From Macrostomum lignano (lineage: Eukaryota), in assembly GCA_002269645.1 (NCBI GenBank), contig NIVC01003912.1, positions 1 through 64,000 of the forward strand: a DNA stretch of 64,000 nucleotides, written 5' to 3'. Shown piece after piece: positions 35,601 to 47,375 of the stretch. The translations under genes and the position numbers were made by a program. The notes below the pieces were generated by a model. That model made no database searches. It saw nothing but the letters and a program-made list of their open reading frames with translations, and had not been told where the DNA came from. How positions within the stretch are numbered: the stretch's first letter is position 1; each line of letters opens with the position of its first letter.

Positions 35601-38600
35601 TGAGCTGATTGTAAGGTTGATGCTGCTGCTGCTGATTGTCACTTGCTGATAAGCAGCGTATGACCCCACGCAAGCGTTTCGGGTAATCGTGAAGTGGATC
35701 CGAGCACAGATGTCTCTCTGCGGGTCGCTGGGCAGCAGACAACGACGGCATTTATCGTAAGTCTTTCGGGACGACAACGATGGCTCAGCGACACCGTCAC
35801 AGCCTGTGATACAGGAAGTGTCGTTGCTGCAGCCGCAGGGTCCTACGCCGAAGTTGGCCGCTCTTCCGGTGCTTCCCTCGGTGCAGAAGCCGCACTTATT
35901 GATGCGCGCAGTGCTGTTCACTTTACCATCGCACCACACCGATCTGATGTACTCATCAGCAGTCGCAAATCGACTGGAATTGTAGCACAGGCCAGGCATT
36001 GGCGAGACAAAAGATCCGTTGCATCGACCAGCGCAGTCCTTTCCATAACGCATGGCTTTGCCAGTTCTTCCACCAACGCAGTTGCCACAGTCGTTCCAGA
36101 TCGCTGTGCCATTTGCATCACCGTTGCAGTCGATGCATGAGCGACCATTTCCACCACAGATTTTACAGACATCAGTCTGGAGACCTGACCATGGCTGATT
36201 GTCGCAGCCAACCGTCACTGGACGGACAACTGCCCATCCAGCAGCTGCACTTTTGTTGACCACGCTACTGACAACGAGTGGATTGATGTAGACTTGTTGT
36301 TGGGCGACCAGCTTCTCTGCGGCTGTAAAAGCAAGGATGGCGCGACTGCGGGACCAGGACGCCGGGACGGTTGGCCGAAATCGGATCGTAGCGTTGGCCG
36401 GGAGGAACATCGCTGTGACAGGCCCCGTACCGTTGACGCCATTTGCTAGGAAGTCAGAGAGCTGCAGCGTGGAGGAAGATGTAGATGAGATGCTTCCCAA
36501 ACACTGGATGGTTGAAAAGGCATCCGAAGTTTTTGCCGAGTCCTTAAAACGCGAGAGCATGCGATACTGCTTAAACGCAGGCTTGTCAGCGGATACATTC
36601 AGAGTCTGCCAGGACATGGAGTTCGGCAGCTGGTACTCCAGAACACCACTTGCATCGTCGCCGAGGCCTTGTAGAACGAGAGCGCCCAACTCAAATGTAT
36701 TATCGTCACAAAAGAACAGTGAAACCATGTCGCCGACCCGAATCTGAGTGACGTAGTTTTCTCCATGCCGTTGCAGCATGAAGCCTTGCTCTCGCTGTAA
36801 TTTCTGACTCACGTACTCGTTCTCCCTGTCCTTGAGAACACCAACAGAGAAGAAATCTTTATTCACAACAGGAGGCTGCTCCTTGTGCAGCACGCTGATT
36901 GTGACTTTGACTATCCCACCCATGGCTGTAAAAGGAAGGACGGATGGAACAAGGGAACCAGAGCTGGTGTAGCTGAAGCGAGGCGGCAGTCCACTCCAAG
37001 CCTGGCACATCAGAACGAAGGTCTTGGTAGCGGCATTGCGATTTGGTTCGAATCGGATGTTGGCTTGGCTTGGACTCGGAACGAGAAAGCCTCTCATGTA
37101 CTCGTTGATACCGCTTGTCGTGACTCCACTTCGGAACGTCAGGTTTCCGTAGATGTCAGACCTGGAAGTTACACAAATTACGTTTACACTATATTTATGT
37201 ATATACTGAAGTATAATACTTGAACCAAAACAATTCACATGAGATATTTTTCATTCTCCTTTTATTCCATTATTTCAAGTATTAAACCGAAAAATCTATT
37301 TATGTTTCGGTTCTTGTTACATTTCTTACATTGTTCTGGCAGCAATGTGCCGCCTCTACCTTCGTAGCAGGAGTAAACTTACCACACTGGCTGCACCATG
37401 TACTTGCAGAACACGCCACCGACAGTCGAGAACTCAACCCTTGAGCGCATGTTGCAGAGACTTCGCTCACAGTGCAGATCAATTACGTTGTTAAGTCTTA
37501 GATCGCACACGCTGCTGCTCGGGAAACCGTTTGGACTCAACACCAGCACTGTGGAGAGAGACACATCCAGCACAGAGGTGTCCATGACGCTGAGGCTGGA
37601 TTTATTCAGTGTCACATTGGGAGGTAAAGCTCTCGGAGGTAGGAGCACGAAGCTTCTCATAACGCATTCCGATCCGTCCGGAAGTAGCAGCGAGTACGTG
37701 AGATTGATGAGTACATTTTGAGCGCCGTGTAAGAGAAGCTGGAAGCAACTGTCGGGTCTGATCGGCTCTGGACTTCCGCTGACGTTGATTTTGCGACCAT
37801 CCAACTCCATCTCAGTACCGGATGCCGGGCTAACAAAAATTACTTTGATGCGTGCGGCAGACGCAGCGCCAAGAAGGTGACCTGTGCGACAGACGCCGGG
37901 GTCCGGAGCATCCCTGTACAAGCCCTTGAAGCCAGAAACGAGCTGAGCAGCTGGCAAAAGCCGATGAGGGCGAGGACACAATTGACGGCAATTGGCAAAG
38001 TCCAAGCAGGCACCGAATGCGTGAGGACAGGCAGTCTAAGGATGAGCATTTTGAATGAAGCAATCTCGTCACCGCGCATTAGCAATACAAACAATGAGCT
38101 TTTTTACCTGCTACGAATGTAACTCAAAAAATTAGTAGGCATTCAGTAGAATGCATTCTGTTGCTTACCTCATTGGCGCCCTCGCATATCGTGAAATTTT
38201 GAGGCAGAGACGCACAGAAGCTTGACCCAGCTGTAGCATTCTCACAGATACGAGCGAAGCTCGTATTGTCGAGAAAAATAAGCTAAAGAAGCTAAAAAGC
38301 TAAAAAAAAACAGCCATTTTGATACCTACCTTGCCTTGTGCGTTGCACCGTGCACCCTGATCGACAAGAGACAGCACACAAGCAGCCTTGCAGAGTAGTT
38401 GACCGCTGGGTGGGCAGGAAACCTGTGCAAAACGACAGCAATGGGTTTCATGAAGTTGGAACGACTCGAATAAATCATAAAGTTGCTTGTACCCACTTTG
38501 TATCGGCAATCCTTAGGCTTCTCTGTAGTAATCTGATCATTTGTAGTTTCTGGACCGATTGTTGTACGAGGATAAATTGTCGGCGCTTCGCACAAATTAT

Positions 38601-41600
38601 CAGAAGGAATACAAGTCTTTGAAGCCAAACAGGGAACATATCCAGGATAGCAGATGGATGAATACTGAATTCGGAGAATCTCGTCGCCAAAGTAGTTTCC
38701 GTCAGTCGGAGGCGTGTCCTGCTCCGGCAGCAGTCCGTTCCACAGTCTGCATGTAAAATTCACACTGCCTGGCTGTCTGAGTTGCACATAAAAGTATGAA
38801 CTCTCAACCGATAGCAGTAGGTATCCTGAGCCAAACTTTCTGACAGGAGCACTGCCATAGTAGGAGTAGGCGTGAAACGAATATTCGGTGTAGAGCGACG
38901 ACGCCTCAATGTAGCAGTAGGCAGCCTTGCTCGGCGCCTCTCGACACAGCTGACGAACGTGGTCGTTGAGAGCGGATTCGGGAAACTCGGGCAAACCGAG
39001 ACTGTCGCACCACGGGGCAGAGGCTGTAGACTGGTTCAATACTGGACCTAAAATATTATTTGGGTAGACATCGTCATACATGGATCCAGTGCCGTTCTTT
39101 TCTACCACGACTGTCGGGAATCTAGCTGGTGGCGGTCGCGACTTCGGCGGAAGCAGAAATCCGTAGGTAGGCTGACACTCGGCGACTACCTTGTTGTCCT
39201 TGTTGAAGTAGCGAACCCTCAGCTTTACCCACGATAGACTCGCATTGGAGCCGGCGTAGTTGGACATTCCCAGAGCATCTGCGCTCACGCAGCTGTTGTT
39301 ATCGAGAAGCCTGTCGAGTGTAATTTCCTGTCCGATGCGGCTGTTGTCGAGCTTGTTGGATCCGATTCTCATCACTGGAGGACCCACTTGCTGCACGACG
39401 GTGAAGCGAAAATTCAGATCCGCAGGAATGAAGCAGGAGTTTGTAGGCGACACGGACGTGATGATAATCTTGTTGTTGGGACACGACCTCTTTGCCTCCA
39501 CTTCATCGCACTGTGTCTGTCTTAGACACATGTGGTATCCGGTATAGCATCGGATCAGAGGATCAGTGCTGGTGCTGGTGGCATTGTCACACGGGCTGTT
39601 CATGTAATTGCAGTCGTCCCAAGACATGTGAACACTTCTGTTGTAGCAGATTCCTTGTTTTGTACACGATTTCTGAATATTGGAGAGGTGTAAGATTGAA
39701 AGGCTTTGGAGAGATCAAATCTAAAGAATCACCTTAGCATGAAATGAGTATCATTTTATTAGAATTGCTATTTTCAAAGATCTCTAGATGCTGGCAATGC
39801 CCTCAGAACTGTTAGCTTTCAATAGTTTTCGCATGGTAGTATGTGTAAAATATTACAGATAAGATTTTTCTGCTGCAATTTTTGACACTTTAAGGAGCGA
39901 GTGCATCAAATAGCTGACATTTCTGGCTTCTTGGATCGAAAATCGAGCAAATCATTTCAGAATTGTTTCGGCTATTAATCTAATATTCATAGCGAGGTTC
40001 GGACTATTTATTTATGCACGAACTTTTTAAAGGTCTTAAGCCTTAAACTTTCTAATTAAGCGTAAATTAGTATTGCGTTATTTACTATTGGGGGGGAATG
40101 CTTCTTATCTTTATCTATTCAACTTTCTTTTGTTGTTTTTTTGTTTTTTTCAATAAAAAGAGATTTATAGCAAAACTCCTTGTCCTGATAATTTTAATGG
40201 AATAAAATGATTTGTAAAACTGAAGACAAAATGCTTTTAAGAAAATGTGCTTTTATTTTTAAGGGTTAACATAAGTAATTTTCGTCCCTAGCTTAGTGGT
40301 TCAAATCTTAGTCGCGTAATTTTTTGATTAAAATCGTCATTCAAGTAAATATTTTGGAATACCTACGATGTCAAGGCTTGGGGGAATTGCTTCAATGCTG
40401 TGACTCTTGGAAAGAATTGCTGTGATGTCAAGGTCTTCTGACGGAATTGCTGGTATTTCAGGGCTGACGGAGGGAATTGCTGAGATGTCAAGGATTGCTG
40501 GGGGGGAATTGCTGAGGCGTCAAGGCTGAGGGGCAATTGAAGCTACATGTAGTTTATTAAGAACCGAGGGAACCAGTAGACTGCTAGTCCTCATACACTC
40601 AGCAAAATTGAAAAGTTTCCACCCTCGCACCAGCCGTGTATATTTAGAGTTTCAAAACTGGTTTTGTCGCCAGACTTGTGCCATAGACGATTGATGATTT
40701 CGTCAACACGCACTTGGGCCATAGACAAAAACTTGGGTAATAGACGCCAGACAGGTCGAAGAAAACAGTCACACGGAGCAGACAGCAACAGCTTACAGGA
40801 GTCTAAAATCCACGTTCGCAACCGAACGCAATGCTTCGCCAAATGACCGACCTGGAACGAGCGCGCGCCATTGGCATGCTGGACGCTGGGATTACCTGAA
40901 GCGCTCGATTCGGCGCGAAAATCCGCCGCAAAACGTTGCCCAACTGCGCGAATCACTGTCTACTGCATGGCAACAACTACGGCAAGACTTTCTGCGACGC
41001 CTGGTTCTGGGAATGCCCCGGAGAGTGAGCGCTCTGCTGCACGCACGTGGCTGCTATACGCGTTACTGACCCTGTTCTGGGCAAGTTGTCACCCATGCTC
41101 GCGTACTTTGTTTCTTTGCTGTTCCTTTGCTTCGTTCGAATCCGGATTATATATTTGTCTATGGCTCAAACCACGAATATCTCCACCCACCAAAACGTTG
41201 ACCCTTCGCGCGCTAGGGTGGAAACTTTTCAATGTTGCTGAGTGTATGTATCGCGTCTTATTCTCATTTTGATATTCCATTTTTTAGTCTATGGCCAAGC
41301 CATTCCTGCAGCCAAGACTGGGCATGCTCTGGCCGTGGCTAGCCTGGCCTTGCTTGCGATCCTATGCAGTCTTATTTTGAATGTCTAAAGTCTTATCTAG
41401 AGCGTCAAAAGCGATACTAAAAATGATTTCTCTAGGGGCAGCTATCATAGATCTTATATTCCCTAGATAGGCCACTTTGTATGGCGGTAATAGGGAAAGT
41501 GCGACCGCTGTTTTTCGTCACTTCTGCGAAAAAGCCGACACGGATTGCTTATAAATTTGAGTTCAGTAGCTTTGCGACATAGAAGCTATTTTTTGAGAAT

Positions 41601-44356
41601 TTAATAGAGCTTCTCATGAATTGAAAAAAAAACTACTCAATCAAACTAAGAACTATCCATACACTGCAGAGACTGCTGACGAGATAGATTTCAGTAGTTG
41701 ATTTTCTCGCTATCGCGAGTCTCAATTTTTTTTACATTAGCCTCTATAGCCACATAAGTGGCTAATGAGTGGCCCTTCTTTTGTAAATATGAATGTATAC
41801 GAACGCCGCAGATGCACATAAAGATATTTTAATACACATATCTGTAACATAAAACAAGAAACGAACAAGCACTCACCAAGCCATTTAAAGAACACTGCTC
41901 CTCCAAAGCCATGAGACGTTCTAAACAGGTGCTCATGTTTGCACAGCCATTAGCAGCAGGACAGTCGAACTCACCCTGTGATTAAATACAAATGCGTCAT
42001 CAGTTCTAGCCGAACAAAATTGTTTCTAAATTTGCTTTGGAAAGTATTCCGAAACGATAAAGTCCAACTAGTTACCAAGGTGCAGTTCTTGCCCTCTCGA
42101 CACGAGGTTCCGGCTGGAAGACAGGCTGGAGCTGACAGACACGGGTACATGCCTGAAATACAATCAATCTCGTACTTAACTCGAAGAATCTCGTCTCCAA
42201 AGTAGTTGCCGTCAGTCAGAGACGTGTCCTGCACAGGAAGAAATCCGTTCCACAATTTGCATGTCAGATTCACATTGCCTGGCTGACCCAACCGCAAATG
42301 CATGCGCACATTCTCAACCGATAGCAGGAGATATCCAGGGCCAAACTGTTTGGTAAGAGCGCCACCATAGTAAGAGTAGGTGTAGAACGAATAGGCGGTA
42401 TATAATCTCGGTGCTTCGATATAGCAGTAGGCAGCTTTCCTCGGCGCTTCTCGGCATAGCCGACGAATCCGGTCATTGGGTCCGGGTGTAGGAAACTCGG
42501 AGCGACCGAGACTGTCGCACCACGGTGCGGATGCATTCGAATTGTTGATAGTAGCATTCAGAATATATTCCAGATACAGATAGTCATACATAGTGGCGGT
42601 GCCGTTCTTTCGCAGTACCACTGTCGGGAAGCCAATTGATGGTACTGGCTTCGGCGGAACCAGGAATCCGTAGGTAGGCTGACACTCGGCAACCAAGTTG
42701 TTGTCCTTGTCGACGAAGCGCATCTTCAGCGTAACCCACGAAATTGTCGCATTGTAGCCAGCGTAGCTAGACATTCCCAGTGCGTCTGCGCTCACGCAGC
42801 TGTTGTTGTCGAGTAATCTGTTGAGCTGAATCTCCTGACCAATGCGGCTGTTGTCGAGCCGGTGGGACCCGAGTCTCATCACTGGTGGACCTACCTGCTG
42901 CACAACAGTGAAGCGAACATTCAGCGTCGCAGGCACGAAGCAGGAGTTAGTCGGCGAGACCGATGTGATTATGGTCTTGTTGTTTGGGCACGACCTCTTC
43001 GCTGACACCTGGTCGCACTGCTTCTTTTCCAGACACAAGTTGAATCCACTATAGCAGCGGCCCAGTTCGACAGGCTCGCTTGAGTCTGTAAAATTGTCGC
43101 ATCTCTCACTCGCATAGTCACAAGTGGACCAAGGCAGGTAAAGAGTCCGATTGTAGCAGAATCCTTGTTTCGGACAGAAGTTCTGCGGAAAGTTTGTTTT
43201 AATGTTTTTGAGGAACGCATGAGTCACTTCTCGGGGATTAGAATCAGACATGCGTCCTCATGCTTACCATGTTTCGTTCGGAACAGTTTTTTTCGATGGT
43301 TTGAAGTTCTTCGACGCAGATCTCTATAGTTTTGCAGAATTTCGTTGTCGGGCAGTACATTTGAGTCTAAAATTTTGCGTCCACTTTAATATTTTCACAT
43401 GTTTAAAAACACTGAGGGATTGATTGTGTAAAGTAATTTATAGCTTGCGCTTAATTTTTTGTGCAGGCTCGTATTTGTTATACTGAACAGTTATGTTCAG
43501 GACTGCGGATGTTTATTTTCTTACATGATTTTACGAATCTAGCAGATTCTTGGCCTACTTGGTGAACAGAGAGACATACTCGTTCACCCCAAGTTAACTT
43601 GTAAGTGTTGACACCCGAGAGCACTTTCCCCTGTATGCAGACTTGATGCATTAATTTTGTAAATGGCTTGTGTACATGTAACTTTTTATGATAATTTAAG
43701 ACGGCATAAAAATGATTAAAATGCACGTGAACACGGCTTTTACATGTCCATGTGTGCATGAATCATGCGATTTGTTGGCTCAACTGATAACGAACAGAGT
43801 CGACGGGTCCTCCCATTGTTAAACGCTAAACTTTTTTCTTGAGTTCTTTGCACCCCAGTGTAGGTAATGAGGTAATTCATAGAACGTGCACAAACTGACA
43901 CATTTTACGGTGTAATTGAGCATTCTTTTTAAGAAATGTTTATAATGTAACAATTCTACAGTTGCGTCGCTGGGGGTGGGGGATACAACGATGTTTCCGC
44001 GAATCCTGAGTTCCCAAAATGCCGTAGTCACAGGGCAGATGTCTGACGCCTTTTATAGTTATTTAGAAAGTTAAGAAAGTTTTTTAGCCTACCAGGTATT
44101 ACTAATGATAAAGGTACTTTTTTAATGCATACGTAAAGCAAAAATTACAAAAACCCTATTCTATTTGACTATGGCTTCGACATTTTCAGTTATCTCTCCA
44201 TTTCAAAATCCTAGCTACGCCACTGCAATTCTACATAAGCCAGTGAGTCAGTCAATCGCTTACTGCATCCGAACAATTTCCAATCGCCAATACGTCTTGA
44301 GGTCCGGTTAGCAGCAGCTGCAGCACCAGCCAGAGTCCCAGCATGGCGCCTGCCAT
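29638..44356 (-). CDS. Giant (~3150 codon) polycystin/REJ-like single-pass receptor: signal, 2-3 Cys-rich modules, cadherin-like, Cys-rich CGxC repeats, IPT/TIG, REJ, GAIN/GPS, S/T stalk, SEA, TM, tail; possibly pseudogenised
   Basis: 13 GT-AG exons with matching phases: 44356-44264, 43182-42076, 39672-38497, 38422-38330, 38035-37383, 37161-35568, 35232-34742, 34651-34088, 34000-33779, 33554-32323, 32231-32102, 31989-29934, 29688-29638 (sum 9462 nt). GPS: CRSWSGADWTPDNC...VTCVCHDISSF. REJ-type YKWKI...LRSGVLQGGQSY...IDPD and VNP...QWSV motifs; TM IISIAVGASVGALCLIGTFIVVLLLM. Lesions at about 34490 (-1), about 33225 (+1) and a TAG at 32149-32151. Domain names are by motif recognition, not by HMM. 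Confidence 0.8.
30625..30915 (-). repeat. 81-bp (27-aa) coding tandem repeat in the mucin-like stalk (STITSTQEPTSTSATLSKAPSLSSTSQ), about 3.6 copies
   Basis: GAGAAGTGCTAGACAAACTCGGCGCTTTCG recurs at 30674, 30755 and 30836. Confidence 0.93.
40365..40588 (+). mobile_element. Remnant related to the 11127-15545 Helitron (type-B repeats, possible CTAG|T end)
   Basis: About 5 degenerate GGAATTGCTGAGATGTCAAGG units, the reverse complement of the type-B repeat, followed by CTAG-T at 40584-40588 in the same relative order as in the full element. Confidence 0.5.
40596..41244 (+). mobile_element. Non-autonomous Tc1/mariner derivative (649 bp) with decayed transposase N-terminus
   Basis: 30-bp TIR CACTCAGCAA(A/C)ATTGAAAAGTTTCCACCCT (40596-40625 / 41215-41244, 1 mismatch) and a TA TSD on both sides. 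The internal MTDLERARAIGMLDAGIT* (from 40843) is the Tc1 paired-like HTH start motif. Confidence 0.9.
43959..44225. mobile_element. hAT-type MITE (267 bp) in intron 1 of the REJ receptor
   Basis: Ends CAGTTGCGTCGCTGG / CCTAGCTACGCCACTG, with an exact 8-bp TSD CAATTCTA at 43951-43958 and 44226-44233. Confidence 0.88.
44264..44356 (-). CDS. First (signal-peptide) exon of the REJ/GAIN/SEA receptor, absent from the ORF track
   Basis: ATG GCA GGC GCC ATG CTG ... GAT GCA|gtaagc, encoding MAGAMLGLWLVLQLLLTGPQDVLAIGNCSDA (31 codons). The phase 0 end joins ccgcag|AAC TTC TGT at 43182. Confidence 0.8.
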
Positions 44357-44689
44357 TTTTGTGAAACTAAAATTTTGTGTTCATTTTCATATGTAATAAT
44401 TGCATTATTCTCGCTAGAAAACTATCGGCAAGTTTATAGCGCAGAGTTACTCGAGCCTGTGAAATGTTTACCGAATAAATTTGCTTTCTTTAGAAAAGAA
44501 ATTTTTCTGTAAACAGTTAGAAATTAAAAAATTGGAAAGTAATTAGCAACCTTAATAAATAAGAGGCACCAGCTAATGTACAAATCGTAGCTAGGGATAC
44601 GCATAGATTTGAATTGGAGGGGCCGCAACCCTTAGGGGTGCCACAATTTGTTGTTTTTGTGGGCGCTCCCTGTCTCTTGATGAGCACCC

Positions 44690-45595
44690 TTGACTCTTAG
44701 TGGGTGCCCCTGTCTCCTAGGTTGGGTGCCCCCACTGCCCCTGTCTCCTAGGTTGGGTGCCCCCACTGCCCCTGTCTCCTAGGTTGGGTGCCCCCACTGC
44801 CCCTGTCTCCTAGGTTGGGTGCCCCCACTGCCCCTGTCTCCTAGGTTGGGTGCCCCCACTGCCCCCGTCTCCTAGGTTGGGTGCCCCCACTGCCCCCGTC
44901 TCCTAGGTTGGGTGCCCCCACTGCCCCCGTCTCCTAGGTTGGGTGCCCCTGTCTCCTATAGGTGGGTGCCCCCACTGCCCCTGTCTCCTAGGTTGGGTGC
45001 CCCCACTGCCCCCGTCTCCTAGGTTGGGTGCCCCCACTGCCCCCGTCTCCTAGGTTGGGTGCCCCCACTGCCCCTGTCTCCTAGGTTGGGTGCCCCCACT
45101 GCCCCCGTCTCCTAGGTTGGGTGCCCCCACTGCCCCCGTCTCCTAGGTTGGGTGCCCCCACTGCCCCCGTCTCCTAGGTTGGGTGCCCCCACTGCCCCCG
45201 TCTCCTAGGTTGGGTGCCCCTGTCTCCTATAGGTGGGTGCCCCGTCTCCTAGTTTGGGTGCCCTTGTCTCCTATAGGTGGGAGCCCCTGTCTCCTATAGG
45301 TGGGTGTCCCGTCTCCTAGGTTGGGTGCCCCTGTCTCTTAGTTTGGGTGCCCTTGTCTCTTATAGGTGGGTGCCCCTATCTCCTAGGTGGGTGCCCTTGT
45401 CTCAGCTATAGGTGGGTGCCCCTGTCTCAGCGATAGGTGGGTGCCCCTGTCTCAGCTATAGGTGGGTGCCCCTGTCTCCTAGGTGGGTGCCCCTGTCTCC
45501 TAGGTGGGTGCCCCTGTCTCAGCTATAGGTGGGTGCCCCTGTCTCCTATAGGTGGGTGCCCCTGTCTCAGCTATAGGTGGGTGCCCCTGTCTCTC
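44690..45595. repeat. Minisatellite: 31-bp unit GCCCCCACTGCCCC(T/C)GTCTCCTAGGTTGGGT grading into 21-25 bp units GCCCCTGTCTC(CT/AGCT)(AT)AGGTGGGT
   Basis: Period 31 from about 44710 to 45200, then shorter variants to 45595. Confidence 0.95.
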
Positions 45596-45974
45596 AGCCA
45601 CTGCTGTGGGAGCCCAGAAAATAACATTCAAAACTATACATAACTTTCGTAGATAACGAGGGGCAAGATAGATACCTTTTATTTTTTAAACTTCAAGATT
45701 ATTCAAGCTGAAAACCTTGAGCAATACAGTAACAATCACTATGCATGCAGATAGTGAGCATGATCGCTAATTCACTCACCGAACTTATTAGAAGACGAGA
45801 CTATGGCTATAGTTAAACTGAGCAAAGCTGGGATAAAAGTCTGTGGTTTTGTGTGCCACCAATTTTCATTTCGCGGCTTTTATGCGATGAGTTTTATATT
45901 CAACTATTCAAACCCTTCTTGAGGCTTTTGAGGCTCCAATGACCAATGAGAAACGTACAATGCAATTCTAAATT

Positions 45975-46200
45975 ATAGGGTTCGCAGGTGCAAAACCAGA
46001 CTGAGAAAGTGGACTGGTCGAGTGGAGCTTAAAAGTCCTGCAAAGCGTCACTAGGACTGGCAGCCTGAGACAATTAGGGTTTGTAGTACATGGAAATTCA
46101 GCAGGCTGAGTGCATCGGACAATGTGGAGTGGAGAGACTGAAAAATGAGGCGGGCTGGCCCTCGGTGCAGTACAGGGCTACTCTGCTCTTACAGTCTAAA
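45975..46200 (+). mobile_element. Possible highly decayed RTE-like 3' fragment
   Basis: CKTRLRKWTGRVE...KRH*DWQPET.R resembles the RLRW.GHV.R...K....W.P...R motif at the RTE C-terminus. The match is weak. Confidence 0.25.
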
Positions 46201-46918
46201 ATGTGTGGCTGTCACCGCGGTAAACAAAACATAAGCAGTGAGCACACACTCGTTACAATAAATCTTACTTGTATTTTCTCACGGTCCTAAAGCTCACTAA
46301 TTTGCTGTACAAAATTACTTAACCTTCTCTGTCTCTTACTGTTTTTGGTTTGATGCCTAACTGTTGCATTGCTGACTGGGTTGGTTATTACATAGGCCTA
46401 GCTGAAGCATAGGACAAAATGGGTAATGCGACCCTGGGTTCTAGTGCCGATATGCACAGTCGTCACGACCGTTCACCTTTGTTGATCTCTGGTGGCTTCA
46501 GTTGCACGACAGAGTTGCCATATGGATATGGCTGGGCATAATTAAGTATAGAAGTGGCTAATCGGTTTTCACGAGGTAGGCCAGTTCGAATTGGTTCTGA
46601 CCTTATCCTTTTGTCATATCACTGCTTATTGAGGAGAAATTAAATTGAATAAGCAACAAGTAAGGAACTTTGGAAATTACTTGGCTAAAGCCTACACAGT
46701 AACAAAGACAAAACACGAGGCAACGCGCTGGCTAGACAAGCAAAGGGGTACCAACCTGTCCTAAATTGTTCGGGTCGGTAAATGATAGCTGCTTTGTTAT
46801 CACGATGGTACTTTCTGATCTCCCCACCCCTGAGACTTCAAGGTTTGTTTTAGGATCTCCGGCTTCTGGTATCCGGCCCTACTGTGATCACATTCCTATA
46901 TCAAAAAGACCAACAGTG

Positions 46919-47375
46919 CAGGGTGTATTTCATGAGAAAACTACAAATGAAAAGTGACAATTTAACAAGTGATAAGTGTGACAAGTGACAAATTGTAGTT
47001 TCTTCTGTTTCATTCAGCTTTTACAAAATGCTTGACAATTTTCAAAAGTAGCTCGCTCAAAATTCCAAGTCTATTGGCCGAATGGCGTATTTTCGCTAAT
47101 TAAGTTTGTTAGCCCGGCTCTCAGTCTGCTACAAAGACCGTGCTAATTAAGTTTGTTAGCCCGGCTCTCAGTCTGCTACAAAGACCGTCGATCCTCGTCT
47201 TGAGCATACTTGACAAGTACACGGACCGCTTGTCAAATTTTATTTTAATACTGCGTACACCATAGATCCGCAAGAGCGTAGTGTATGTTTATAAGCAGAT
47301 CGGCCAGGATAGCGCTAGACAATTATTGTCACTTGTCACCTGTAACTTGTCAATTTGTCACAACTTCTCATGAAA
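46919..47375. mobile_element. Degenerate TIR element containing a perfect 47-bp tandem duplication
   Basis: TTTCATGAGAA / TTCTCATGAAA and GTGACAAGTGACAA / TTGTCACTTGTCAC inverted pairs. GCTAATTAAGTTTGTTAGCCCGGCTCTCAGTCTGCTACAAAGACCGT occurs twice (47095-47141, 47142-47188). Confidence 0.5.

Noticed and set aside
38497-43251. Treating ORFs 41971-43251 and 38326-39627 as two separate single-exon paralogous genes
   Set aside because: Neither has its own signal peptide. Both are bounded by phase-0 acceptor and donor sites that chain from the signal exon at 44356 into the downstream exons.
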